Source: a virus
Virus record (IMG/VR): IMGVR_UViG_3300025437_000010
Location: 1-64,000 of that record
Strand: one strand, 5' to 3'
DNA: 64,000 nucleotides
Part shown: piece after piece, positions 19,632 to 28,444 of the stretch
Numbering within the stretch: position 1 is the first letter of the stretch
Layout of the letters: each line of letters begins with the position of its first letter
Notes under the pieces: model-generated
What the model was told of the DNA's origin: nothing
The model's database searches: none
Seen by the model: only the letters and a program-made list of their open reading frames with translations
Made by a program: the position numbers and the translations under genes

Positions 19632-21899
19632 TTGCAAACCTCTCCAGAAATTGAAAATATTATTGAACGTGCAATTGAAAGCGCAAAGACCAGACAGCAT
19701 CAATATTGCACCGTAGAACATTTGCTACTTGCGCTAATCACTCATCCTCCTTTCAAGAAGTGCTTGAACAGTTTCAACGTTGACACTGACCTCATGGTAG
19801 ATGAAGTTGAAACATACATCAATTCTCTTCATGCAATTGAAACAAAAGACCCCAACTTTAGTCCACGCAAGACTAATACTCTTGAGCGCGTAATGAACCG
19901 TTCGGTTACGCAGGTTCTATTCAATGGTCGTCGTCAAGTAACTACTCTTGATTTGTATCTTTCTATTGCATCTGAAAACAATTCCCATGCCCACTACTTC
20001 TTGCTCAAGTATGGTGTTACTAAGAATGAATTTTTCCGTCATTGGGAAAAAACATACAAGGGTGGCGCAGGAAACACGAAACTCACCGAAACACAAGCCG
20101 ACGAAATTCTTGAAGAATACACTACCAATCTTACTCAGCTTGCTCGTAATGAAAAGATTGAGCCGGTAATTGGTCGTGCTACTGAAATCAATGACATCAT
20201 CAATGTGCTTGCAAAGCGTTTCAAGTCAAACGTGCTGATGGTCGGTGATCCGGGCGTAGGTAAGACTGCAATCGCAGAAGGAATCGCTCAGGCAATCGTT
20301 GATAAAAATGTTCCAGATTTCTTGCTGGATCATGACCTGTATTCTTTGGAAATCGGTTCTCTACTTGCTGGTTCTCGCTATCGCGGTGATTTTGAAGAAA
20401 AGATCAAGAACATTCTTGACGCACTAAACGTCAAGAAGAAAGCGATTCTTTTCATTGACGAGGCTCACACAATGCAGGGTGCAGGAAATGCTGGCAACGG
20501 TGGACCAGACTTTGCAAATATGATTAAGCCTGCAATCACCAAGGGAACTCTCAAGGTTATTGCTTCTACGACTTGGGAAGAATTTTACGAATCCTTTGAA
20601 AAGGATCGTGCTTTGATGCGCCGATTCTATCGCGTTAGCATTGATGAACCTTCGCAGGATTCAACTATTCGCATTTTGAGCGGACTTGCAACTCGTCTAA
20701 ATGAATTTCACAATGTGGAAATCACTTCAGATGCAATTGAAGCCGCAGTTGATAGTTCTGCTCGTTATATCCATGATCGTAAGAACCCTGACAAGTCTAT
20801 TGATCTTATTGATGCTGCTTGCGCCAAGCAGAAGGTCCTTGGTAATGACGGTGCTGTTATTACTAAGCAAATGATCCATGAGCAAGTTGAAAAGTTTACT
20901 GGTGTTCCTGCTGATAAACTCAGTGGTGACAACTTTGATCGTATTCAGAATCTTGAATTGAATGTCAAGAACAAGCTCTATGGTCAGGACCAAACTGTCA
21001 ATGATGTTCTTGAGCGCGTGTATGTTTCTTTTGCTGGCATCGGCAATGAAAAGAAGCCAATTGCAAGTTTCTTGTTTTTGGGACCAACGGGTACCGGTAA
21101 GACTGAACTTGCAAAATTGCTTTCTTCCAATCTGGATATGCCACTTCATAAGTATGACATGTCCGAATATTCTGAGAAGCACAGTGTAAGCAGTTTGATT
21201 GGTCCTCCTCCGGGATATGTGGGTTTCAGTGACTCACAGGTTCAGGGTGGACGCCTGATTTCAGACTTGAGTAAGAATCCACATTCAATTCTGCTGTTTG
21301 ATGAAGTTGAAAAGGCGCATCCTGACATCTTTAATATTTTCTTGCAGATGCTTGATGAAGGTCGGATTACTGGATCAAACGGTAAGGAAGTATCATGTAA
21401 GAATACTATCATCATTCTTACTTCCAATCTGGGGTCGGCTGATAATGAGCGAAACAACATCGGTTTCGGTACTCTTGAGAAGTCCGGAGAAGACGACAAG
21501 GCGCTCAAGCAGTTCTTCAAGCCTGAATTCCGCAATCGTCTTGATATGGTTTGCAAGTTCAACAAACTTGATAATCTGTCAATCAAAAAGATCGTTGTAA
21601 AGTTCTTGGAAGATGTGAAGAAGCCTCTGTTGGAAAAGCACAACATTACTCTCAACCTAAGTGAGCCGGTCATTGACTATCTGGCTGCACAGGGTTATGA
21701 CAGTAAGATGGGTGCTCGCCCACTTAGTCGTAAAATTGACGAACTCATTCGCGTTCCGCTTTCAAAGAAGATTCTTTTTGAACGTATCAGCAATGCGAAT
21801 GTGATGGCGACTCTTGTAGATAATCAGATTGTTTTCTCCATGACTGAAAAGCAATCTGCCCATATTAATGAGGATGGAATAATTGAAGTTCAGTCTTGA
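19632..21899 (+). CDS. clpA: ClpA-like Clp ATPase
   Basis: Clp-N domain (TVEHLLLAL) and two AAA+ modules (GDPGVGKT, GPTGTGKT). Has a ClpP-docking IGF loop and no ClpB middle domain. Confidence 0.9.
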   Translation: MQTSPEIENIIERAIESAKTRQHQYCTVEHLLLALITHPPFKKCLNSFNVDTDLMVDEVETYINSLHAIETKDPNFSPRKTNTLERVMNRSVTQVLFNGRRQVTTLDLYLSIASENNSHAHYFLLKYGVTKNEFFRHWEKTYKGGAGNTKLTETQADEILEEYTTNLTQLARNEKIEPVIGRATEINDIINVLAKRFKSNVLMVGDPGVGKTAIAEGIAQAIVDKNVPDFLLDHDLYSLEIGSLLAGSRYRGDFEEKIKNILDALNVKKKAILFIDEAHTMQGAGNAGNGGPDFANMIKPAITKGTLKVIASTTWEEFYESFEKDRALMRRFYRVSIDEPSQDSTIRILSGLATRLNEFHNVEITSDAIEAAVDSSARYIHDRKNPDKSIDLIDAACAKQKVLGNDGAVITKQMIHEQVEKFTGVPADKLSGDNFDRIQNLELNVKNKLYGQDQTVNDVLERVYVSFAGIGNEKKPIASFLFLGPTGTGKTELAKLLSSNLDMPLHKYDMSEYSEKHSVSSLIGPPPGYVGFSDSQVQGGRLISDLSKNPHSILLFDEVEKAHPDIFNIFLQMLDEGRITGSNGKEVSCKNTIIILTSNLGSADNERNNIGFGTLEKSGEDDKALKQFFKPEFRNRLDMVCKFNKLDNLSIKKIVVKFLEDVKKPLLEKHNITLNLSEPVIDYLAAQGYDSKMGARPLSRKIDELIRVPLSKKILFERISNANVMATLVDNQIVFSMTEKQSAHINEDGIIEVQS

Positions 21900-22557
21900 A
21901 GAACGTGCTACCCTGTACTATAACAAACATAAGTACAGGGTAGCAATATCCGAAAAATGTTTGCGCCATGTGTATTATGCTAAGAGCTTAAGAGGATTTA
22001 AGAAGAGTTTAGCCGAGTATATTAAATATGTTGAGGAGAGTCCATTTGCTACTGATCGTGACTTTTCCCTCACTCAAAAGCAATACAGAAAAATAAGTAA
22101 AATTATTAAATTTAGAAACAATTTTGCAAAATTGGAAAACACTTCCATTCGTCATTATAATGACACAATGAGTTTCTATTGTGATGATCCTACTTTTTTT
22201 GATCCAATAAAAGAGTTCAGTCCGGATGCAACAATTACTGAAGTTAAGTTACTTCCATCAGGTATTAAATATTTCTCAAAAGAACCAAAAAATAAGTATA
22301 GGCTGTTCTTTAAGAATAAGCAAGTTGACGCTATAACTATTTCTGATCTGATAGAGTATTTTAATAAAAATAAGGATATAACTCCATCCAAATCTTTGAG
22401 CGGATGGTTGTTCTATCAAAGCCAAACATATTATTACAAGTATATCAGAGATTGTTTTTTTATTGATTATAATGATGAATCTACGTTAACAATCATGCAT
22501 CTGTTATTTACTGGAATAATAGGCAAATCATTCAAATTGGAAAAGCGACCATCGTAA
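21883..22557 (+). CDS. Hypothetical protein
   Basis: 224-aa ORF overlapping the end of clpA. Confidence 0.55.
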   Translation: MKFSLEERATLYYNKHKYRVAISEKCLRHVYYAKSLRGFKKSLAEYIKYVEESPFATDRDFSLTQKQYRKISKIIKFRNNFAKLENTSIRHYNDTMSFYCDDPTFFDPIKEFSPDATITEVKLLPSGIKYFSKEPKNKYRLFFKNKQVDAITISDLIEYFNKNKDITPSKSLSGWLFYQSQTYYYKYIRDCFFIDYNDESTLTIMHLLFTGIIGKSFKLEKRPS

Positions 22558-22558
22558 G

Positions 22559-22586
22559 ATAAATACTCCATATATTTGGAGTATTT
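22559..22586 (+). promoter_or_regulatory. Late promoter within an RBS-sequestering hairpin
   Basis: ATAAATA at 22559-65; a perfect 10-bp stem AAATACTCCA/TGGAGTATTT covers the GGAG RBS. Confidence 0.7.
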
Positions 22587-22587
22587 C

Positions 22588-22752
22588 ATGGCAAAGATGG
22601 TTGAAAATGTTCTCGTAATCAAACTTAGTAAGCTGATCAGAGACAATGAAGATGCATCAGACATCTTAAATAACGAAGTTCTGACAGCACTTGAACAAGT
22701 AACACAAGAACTGGTCGGTGCTGGTGTTCTGGTGGAAGTGGAAACGGCGTAA
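22588..22752 (+). CDS. Small hypothetical protein (54 aa; not in the ORF track)
   Basis: MAKMVENVLVIKLSKLIRD...GVLVEVETA*, with a GGAG RBS and TAATG coupling to the next gene. Confidence 0.7.
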   Translation: MAKMVENVLVIKLSKLIRDNEDASDILNNEVLTALEQVTQELVGAGVLVEVETA

Positions 22753-23138
22753 TGGCACAGTCAACCACTCTCATACTGCTTCCACAGACTCCTTATGATA
22801 ATCCGGGCAACGGTGCCCCTTATACTGTTACCGGTGAATATGTTCCAGCAGCATCATATTATCTTGGTAACCAAGATTTACAAACCGTCAATATTAGTTT
22901 GACAGACTGCACCGGTAATATTGTCATTGAGGCAACACTTGCCACTACCCCACAAGAAATTGATTGGTTCAGTGTATATGAACTTGACGCAAATGCGAAT
23001 GCAGCATCAAACTCTGCACCACAAATCGCATCTAATGCTTCAATATACACTAATATACAAGGAAACTTTGTGTTCATGAGAGCCGCAGTTTACGATTTCC
23101 AAGGCGGCGGCGTGAACTATATCAAGCTGTCATATTGA
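22752..23138 (+). CDS. Putative virion structural protein (beta-rich)
   Basis: AASYY, IEATL, DWF.V and GNFVFMRA motifs; in a late operon. Confidence 0.55.
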   Translation: MAQSTTLILLPQTPYDNPGNGAPYTVTGEYVPAASYYLGNQDLQTVNISLTDCTGNIVIEATLATTPQEIDWFSVYELDANANAASNSAPQIASNASIYTNIQGNFVFMRAAVYDFQGGGVNYIKLSY

Positions 23139-23152
23139 ACGGAATTAATTAA

Positions 23153-24133
23153 ATGAAAATAGTAGCAGTCATGCCTGGCAGATATCATCCCTTTCATAAA
23201 GGTCATGCAGCAAGCTTCAAACAACTTGCTGAGAAATTTGGATTGCCCAATACACTTTTAGCAATTTCGGCTAAGCAAGAGCAGCCAAATAGCCCATTTA
23301 TGCCACAAGACAGAGCCAAGATGGCGCAGCATCTTGGAATCCCATCAGAAAATATTATTATCGTCCGCAATCCATATAGTGCTACAGAGTATGCAGATCA
23401 TCTTGCAAGCAAAGGAATAGACCCAACAAAGACTGCATTGGTATTTGGAGTAAGTGCTAAGGACATGGAGGATGATCCGCGTTTTTCATTTAAACCTACT
23501 AAGAGCGGCAAGCCAAGTTATTTTCAGCCGTATTCTAAAGAAGCATTGGAAAATATGCAACCAATGACGAAAGGTGAACCGGGAACTGGTCATGCATACG
23601 TGATGACTACCAATGTTCAAGAGTTTCCTATTGCTGGAAAAACTATGCGCGATGCAAGTGCCATTCGTAAAGCATATGCGGGAGCTAAGCAACAGAAGAA
23701 AATGCGTATCCTTCGTGATCTATATGGCGATTCAGCGGAACAAATGAAGCAAACTTTTGACAACAATTTACAAATCACAGAGAGTATTGCCGCACTTGTC
23801 AATAAGATAAAACCATTGATTAGTGAAGCCACCCTTGAACAAAAAGAAAAGTTTGTGCAGTTACTCAGTGAAGCAAAGAAGGCTATTATAGCTACAGCCG
23901 ATGATACTGTAGATGAAGCGGCAAATGCTGCTCAACAGGCTGCTATTGCCATTAATATGAAGAAGCATCATAAGAAGCCAAAAAAGACCAGCGAATCCAA
24001 AATGATGGAATCTCTTGGCGATGGCTTCTATTTAATTGATGAGTCAGAAGTTGTATTCCTTTCAAAAGCAGATGAAGTCGTTAATGCGAAAAAAAATATT
24101 GATGAAACTGCAGATTATTTGACAGAAAAATAA
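23153..24133 (+). CDS. HxGH nucleotidyltransferase (cytidylyltransferase-like) with a modular C-terminal tail
   Basis: PGRYHPFHKGH motif and a downstream DASAIR motif. Confidence 0.75.
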   Translation: MKIVAVMPGRYHPFHKGHAASFKQLAEKFGLPNTLLAISAKQEQPNSPFMPQDRAKMAQHLGIPSENIIIVRNPYSATEYADHLASKGIDPTKTALVFGVSAKDMEDDPRFSFKPTKSGKPSYFQPYSKEALENMQPMTKGEPGTGHAYVMTTNVQEFPIAGKTMRDASAIRKAYAGAKQQKKMRILRDLYGDSAEQMKQTFDNNLQITESIAALVNKIKPLISEATLEQKEKFVQLLSEAKKAIIATADDTVDEAANAAQQAAIAINMKKHHKKPKKTSESKMMESLGDGFYLIDESEVVFLSKADEVVNAKKNIDETADYLTEK

Positions 24134-24141
24134 TTTCACCC

Positions 24142-24187
24142 CCTCTTCGCGGTGTAAATATCATTATAGTTTACAACAAAGAAGAGG
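24142..24187 (+). promoter_or_regulatory. Late-promoter variant inside an RBS-sequestering hairpin
   Basis: CCTCTTC (24142-48) pairs with GAAGAGG (24181-87), with an inner TGTAAA/TTTACA stem; GTAAATA at 24154-60. Confidence 0.55.
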
Positions 24188-24192
24188 ACTAC

Positions 24193-25149
24193 ATGGCACG
24201 TAAACCAACAAATAAAACTAAAAATATCGCACCTAATGGTGAAGAACGCACTGTTCCCGTTGAACAGGTTCATGCAATTGCTGAACAGGCTGCACAAGAA
24301 CAACAGCAGCCACAAGAAGGGCAGATTCAAGTAAACGTTGACTACCTTCGCACTACCAAGGTTCACATTGCAATGCCATGTTATGGCGGCATGTTAACTG
24401 AATCAACTTTCATGTCGTTTATCAAGTGGGCAAATACTGCTCGCCAGTTAGGTATTGACTGGACACTTGAAACGATGGTAAACGAATCACTTATCAGCAG
24501 AGCAAGAAACACTCTCACTGCTAAGTTCCTTGACATGCCTGACGCAACACACTTGTTCTTCGTTGATGCGGATATTGGATGGGAGCCATGGCACCTATTA
24601 GTTCTTATTAATCGTGACGTTGATGTTATCGGCGGATTGTATCCAATGAAGACTATGCCTATCAAGTGGGTAGTAAATGGATTTGAAGGCGCAGAAGAAG
24701 GTCCAGATGGACTACAGGAAGTTTCTAAGGCTGGAACCGGGTTCCTTCTTATGAAGAAGCATGTATTTGAAAAACTCAATTCACATCCTGCAGTCAAGCA
24801 GTATAAGAATGATATCGGTCTTGACCCAAAGTATGACCAGTATTTGAAGACTTATTTTGATACTGCTGTTCGTCAGAATCGCTACTATTCGGAAGACTGG
24901 ACATTCTGTGAAAATTGGCGCGACATTGGTGGAAAGATTTATGTTGACAAGCGTGTGCTTCTTCGTCACTCCGGTTCATATGTATTCTGCATGGAAAATC
25001 AGGAACATCTGCTCAATACGGTTGGTCCAATGTATGTTGAATCATTAAAGGCAAAGGCAGCAATTGAGGCACAGGTGGCAACCATTTCATCACCTGAAGA
25101 TGTCGCAGCCGCTGCAATGTCAGCCGCAGGAATTAATCCTTCTGCATAA
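24193..25149 (+). CDS. GT-A fold glycosyltransferase-like protein
   Basis: IAMPCYGG, ESLISRARN, a DxD motif (FVDADI), GTGFLL and SEDWTFC. Confidence 0.75.
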   Translation: MARKPTNKTKNIAPNGEERTVPVEQVHAIAEQAAQEQQQPQEGQIQVNVDYLRTTKVHIAMPCYGGMLTESTFMSFIKWANTARQLGIDWTLETMVNESLISRARNTLTAKFLDMPDATHLFFVDADIGWEPWHLLVLINRDVDVIGGLYPMKTMPIKWVVNGFEGAEEGPDGLQEVSKAGTGFLLMKKHVFEKLNSHPAVKQYKNDIGLDPKYDQYLKTYFDTAVRQNRYYSEDWTFCENWRDIGGKIYVDKRVLLRHSGSYVFCMENQEHLLNTVGPMYVESLKAKAAIEAQVATISSPEDVAAAAMSAAGINPSA

Positions 25150-25177
25150 TACTTATTTTTTGAATAGTGTAAAAATT

Positions 25178-25206
25178 GAGACCTCAGAAATGGGGTCTCT
25201 TTTTTT
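25178..25206 (+). terminator. Intrinsic terminator
   Basis: GAGACCTCA-GAAA-TGGGGTCTC followed by a T run. Confidence 0.85.
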
Positions 25207-25213
25207 GTATGGG

Positions 25214-25220
25214 ATAAATA
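25214..25220 (+). promoter_or_regulatory. Late promoter opening the putative head-cargo cluster
   Basis: ATAAATA immediately after the terminator. Confidence 0.65.
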
Positions 25221-25243
25221 CTCTATAATTAAGGGTCTTAATA

Positions 25244-26422
25244 ATGAAAATCAAAGATATTTGTGAATCAACATGCGCAGGTGGAATTGCTCCAGTAGCG
25301 ATGCCAATGACTACACAAAAACGCACAAAAGAATCGGTAGACGTTAATGGCTTACAGCCTGCCGAAAAGGTGATGAAGGGCAAAGCTAAGAAAAAAGGTC
25401 CTTATATGAACTCAATTAGTGAATCAAAAAAGGTTTCTGAGGCACACCTTGATGAGGAAGATGTAATCATGATTCCAGGCCAAGGTCGCTCAATGAAAAC
25501 TGGATTTGTTGCACATGATCCTGATCGTGCAGAGCATGAAGGTGAAACTCTTAAGAATAGCCTACGCACAATTGTTCGTTTGTCTTCTGAATTGGAAAAG
25601 CGTTTATCTGATAAAGATCAATTCCCTGAATGGGTATCAGAAAAGGTCGGCGGAATCAAGGCGATGATGACAAGTGTGATGCAATATCTTGCAAGTCAAC
25701 AGGATGCCGGTAAACCTTTTGAAACGAAGAAGATTCCGAATGGCGGGACTATTGCTGGTGGTATTGCCGCAGAGAATAAGAACAATCTACGTAAACGTAA
25801 CGACAGTAAGAAAAATACACTCGGTCTTCAATGGGGTGACATTCCAACCGAAATCGCTAATATGGACAAAAAAATTAATTTTTATGAGTCATATGTAGTA
25901 AACGATGGAAAACTATTTGAAACTAACGAAACATCTAACTTAGATGCATTCGATAAACTAAATGACCTTGCGGAGGCTAACCCAACTGTTGGTAACAAAT
26001 ATTTAATCATCGGTCTTTACCTATTGAATGATCAATTGGAAATATCACAATATCCAGAAATGTGTGAATTGCTATCAAAAACTTCCAACTCATTTAAAGT
26101 TAAACTTGGAAATGATAATAGAGTAGTAGAATTCCCATCAAAAACAATGTCAAAAGTAATGCCAGTAGTAACACTTCTATTTAAAAATGTTGGCGACTAT
26201 GATAAAATGAGATCATATGTCAGTATTAAATTTGACGGTGACTCACTGCCAGCGTTCACTAATGATGTTGTAGAAGGCGCAAAAGTTGATCGCATGGCAA
26301 AGCATATTGCTAAGTCGGAACGCGAAGCAGGTAAATCTAAGGACAAGGCAGAAAATATTGCTTGGGCAACATTAAATAAGCGTGGAATGTTAAACAACAA
26401 AAACCACAAAAAAGGCAAATAA
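25244..26422 (+). CDS. Modular putative internal head protein (leader MKIKDICE; C-terminal ChaB-like helical module)
   Basis: Modules separated by ISE/VSE/LDE/VVE sites; ends AENIAWATLNK. Confidence 0.6.
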   Translation: MKIKDICESTCAGGIAPVAMPMTTQKRTKESVDVNGLQPAEKVMKGKAKKKGPYMNSISESKKVSEAHLDEEDVIMIPGQGRSMKTGFVAHDPDRAEHEGETLKNSLRTIVRLSSELEKRLSDKDQFPEWVSEKVGGIKAMMTSVMQYLASQQDAGKPFETKKIPNGGTIAGGIAAENKNNLRKRNDSKKNTLGLQWGDIPTEIANMDKKINFYESYVVNDGKLFETNETSNLDAFDKLNDLAEANPTVGNKYLIIGLYLLNDQLEISQYPEMCELLSKTSNSFKVKLGNDNRVVEFPSKTMSKVMPVVTLLFKNVGDYDKMRSYVSIKFDGDSLPAFTNDVVEGAKVDRMAKHIAKSEREAGKSKDKAENIAWATLNKRGMLNNKNHKKGK

Positions 26423-26425
26423 TCC

Positions 26426-27919
26426 ATGAGTTCTGTAATGAAGGGCATCATTGATGAAGAAGACATTGATGAAGTCAATCTTAATAGTTATAAGAAAAAA
26501 GAACGATTTGATTCTTATGTATTAGGAAAACGCCCACCAAAAGAAGCAAAATTAATAGGGGAAATAGGAAATAATTTTCCTGTCTATAGATATGCGGATG
26601 AATATGGTGAAAATGAATTCTTCGTTACCTCACCTAAATCAGGTAAAACTGTAATATTTCTTAGTACTGAAGTGCCATCCAGTGCCAAAAACGTGCATAA
26701 AATTAATATAGTAGTGGCAAGTGATAAATCTCCCGGCGTAGATAAGCTATATCGTTTTCTGGTATTAAAAAAAGATTTGGTGCTGGTAGGTGATGATCAA
26801 TCTGAGGGTGCCAGAAAAGTATGGAAAAAAGCCACCAGACATCCCGGAATTAATGTGCATGGATTTAATCCAAAAACAGGCAATGCATTCCATCTTCGTG
26901 CATCCGACGAAGAAGGCTATTCAAATGCCACAGAAAGAGATAAATGGCGCGCAGATAAAAAGAACGCTTATGGTTCTGGACTTGAACCGGACAAACTACT
27001 GAAATATGACTCAGAAATTGATAATTTAATAGATGTGGGGAATTCCCAAATTGTTATGCACAAGCGTGACAAGAACATGACCAAAGAAAGTATTGAATCA
27101 TTGTTGCGTCCTTTGTGTGAGCACAAAATACGTCGCAGAAGTTCAATTCTTAAGGGAATTGTCGGAGAAGATTCAGACATGCAGTTTGCCGCTGAAAAGA
27201 CGCCAGCAGTTAATCCTTATGGTGGAAAAAAAGATAGGCAATTTAGAGGTGCCATCAGCGAAATGCCAGATACTTCTGGTCCAGTAGGAACACAAGATGG
27301 TGGATGGCGTCAAGTTAAATTAAAGCCTGCTGGTCAACTTGATGAATCTGATGTTCCTAAATGGTTAGAACTTGATCATCTGGGTTCTATGGAAAATAAA
27401 TTACAGTATTACGAAGCATATGCTAAAAATAAAGGTAATGTTCTTGAATCAAACGAGGATGATTACATTGATTCATTCGTGAGTCTGGCTAATATGGGAG
27501 ATTCCCCGGACATTAACTCTGAATGCATCATGATATCATTTTTACTTCTAAACAATAAACTCAGTTTGATGCATCGTCCAGAATTAGTAAAGCTATTAAA
27601 AGTTGATTCAGGAAAATACACTGTAAAATTAATGGACCAAGACAATAGAGTTGTAGAATTTCCAATTAATAGCAATTCCGCAATAGCGCCTATCATAACA
27701 CTTCTGTGCTCATCTACTGATACGTATGATAAAATACGAACATACGTAGAATTACGTTTTGACCTATCGTTACCGGACTATATCAATGAGGACACTTCAT
27801 ATGGTGGTGGCGGTGGACAAGGTGGTTATGCTGGACAGTCCTATCGTAAGTTCAGACCAAAAATGGCCGGGACTCATATGAAAAAAGAAAGTGCGATTCT
27901 GAAAGGAATTCAGATGTGA
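26426..27919 (+). CDS. Modular putative internal head protein (GNAT-like domain plus a domain shared with 25244..26422)
   Basis: LYRFL...DDQSEGARKVW GNAT-like motif, a DNRVVEFP domain, and S(S/A)(V/I)(M/L)KGI three times. Confidence 0.6.
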   Translation: MSSVMKGIIDEEDIDEVNLNSYKKKERFDSYVLGKRPPKEAKLIGEIGNNFPVYRYADEYGENEFFVTSPKSGKTVIFLSTEVPSSAKNVHKINIVVASDKSPGVDKLYRFLVLKKDLVLVGDDQSEGARKVWKKATRHPGINVHGFNPKTGNAFHLRASDEEGYSNATERDKWRADKKNAYGSGLEPDKLLKYDSEIDNLIDVGNSQIVMHKRDKNMTKESIESLLRPLCEHKIRRRSSILKGIVGEDSDMQFAAEKTPAVNPYGGKKDRQFRGAISEMPDTSGPVGTQDGGWRQVKLKPAGQLDESDVPKWLELDHLGSMENKLQYYEAYAKNKGNVLESNEDDYIDSFVSLANMGDSPDINSECIMISFLLLNNKLSLMHRPELVKLLKVDSGKYTVKLMDQDNRVVEFPINSNSAIAPIITLLCSSTDTYDKIRTYVELRFDLSLPDYINEDTSYGGGGGQGGYAGQSYRKFRPKMAGTHMKKESAILKGIQM

Positions 27920-28437
27920 GAGCATTTGAGTTTCTGACAGAAGATCAGACAACCACTATTCAATATCATATTGGCAATGCCAATAGTATTAACAGAGACG
28001 TCATGACTCAACTGTCACGCCTGATATCAGAAGGCGCAGAAGTTGATATGGGAGTTGTAAATCGCAACCTCGCATCAGCACCGTCTATAGGTTATGCGAT
28101 GGATGGTAATCAGGCAGTCGGCGTTATCGTATTAAAAAATCCGGTGAGTTCATATCGCCAAAAATGCTTTGTCGCAGCAGGAGTTCCGGAATTAGAAAGC
28201 CGATATAATTTAGAAATCGGTTATGCGTTCGTCAAAGAAGAATATCGTGCAAGAGGCGTAGGAATTTATCTTTGTCGCAAAATGGTTCGTTCTATCAGTG
28301 CACCGATTTATGCAACTACTCGTGAGGCCAATACTACGATTAATAAATTATTGCAGTTTGGCGGATTTCATAAAGCAGGAAATTCTTGGAAAAGTGATCG
28401 CGGAAACTATAATCTTTTCTTGTGGATTAAAGGTTAA
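27916..28437 (+). CDS. GNAT acetyltransferase with leader MRAFEFLTE
   Basis: EIGYAFVKEEYRARGVG acetyl-CoA motif A; N.TINKLL..GGF. Confidence 0.8.
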   Translation: MRAFEFLTEDQTTTIQYHIGNANSINRDVMTQLSRLISEGAEVDMGVVNRNLASAPSIGYAMDGNQAVGVIVLKNPVSSYRQKCFVAAGVPELESRYNLEIGYAFVKEEYRARGVGIYLCRKMVRSISAPIYATTREANTTINKLLQFGGFHKAGNSWKSDRGNYNLFLWIKG

Positions 28438-28444
28438 ATAAAAA

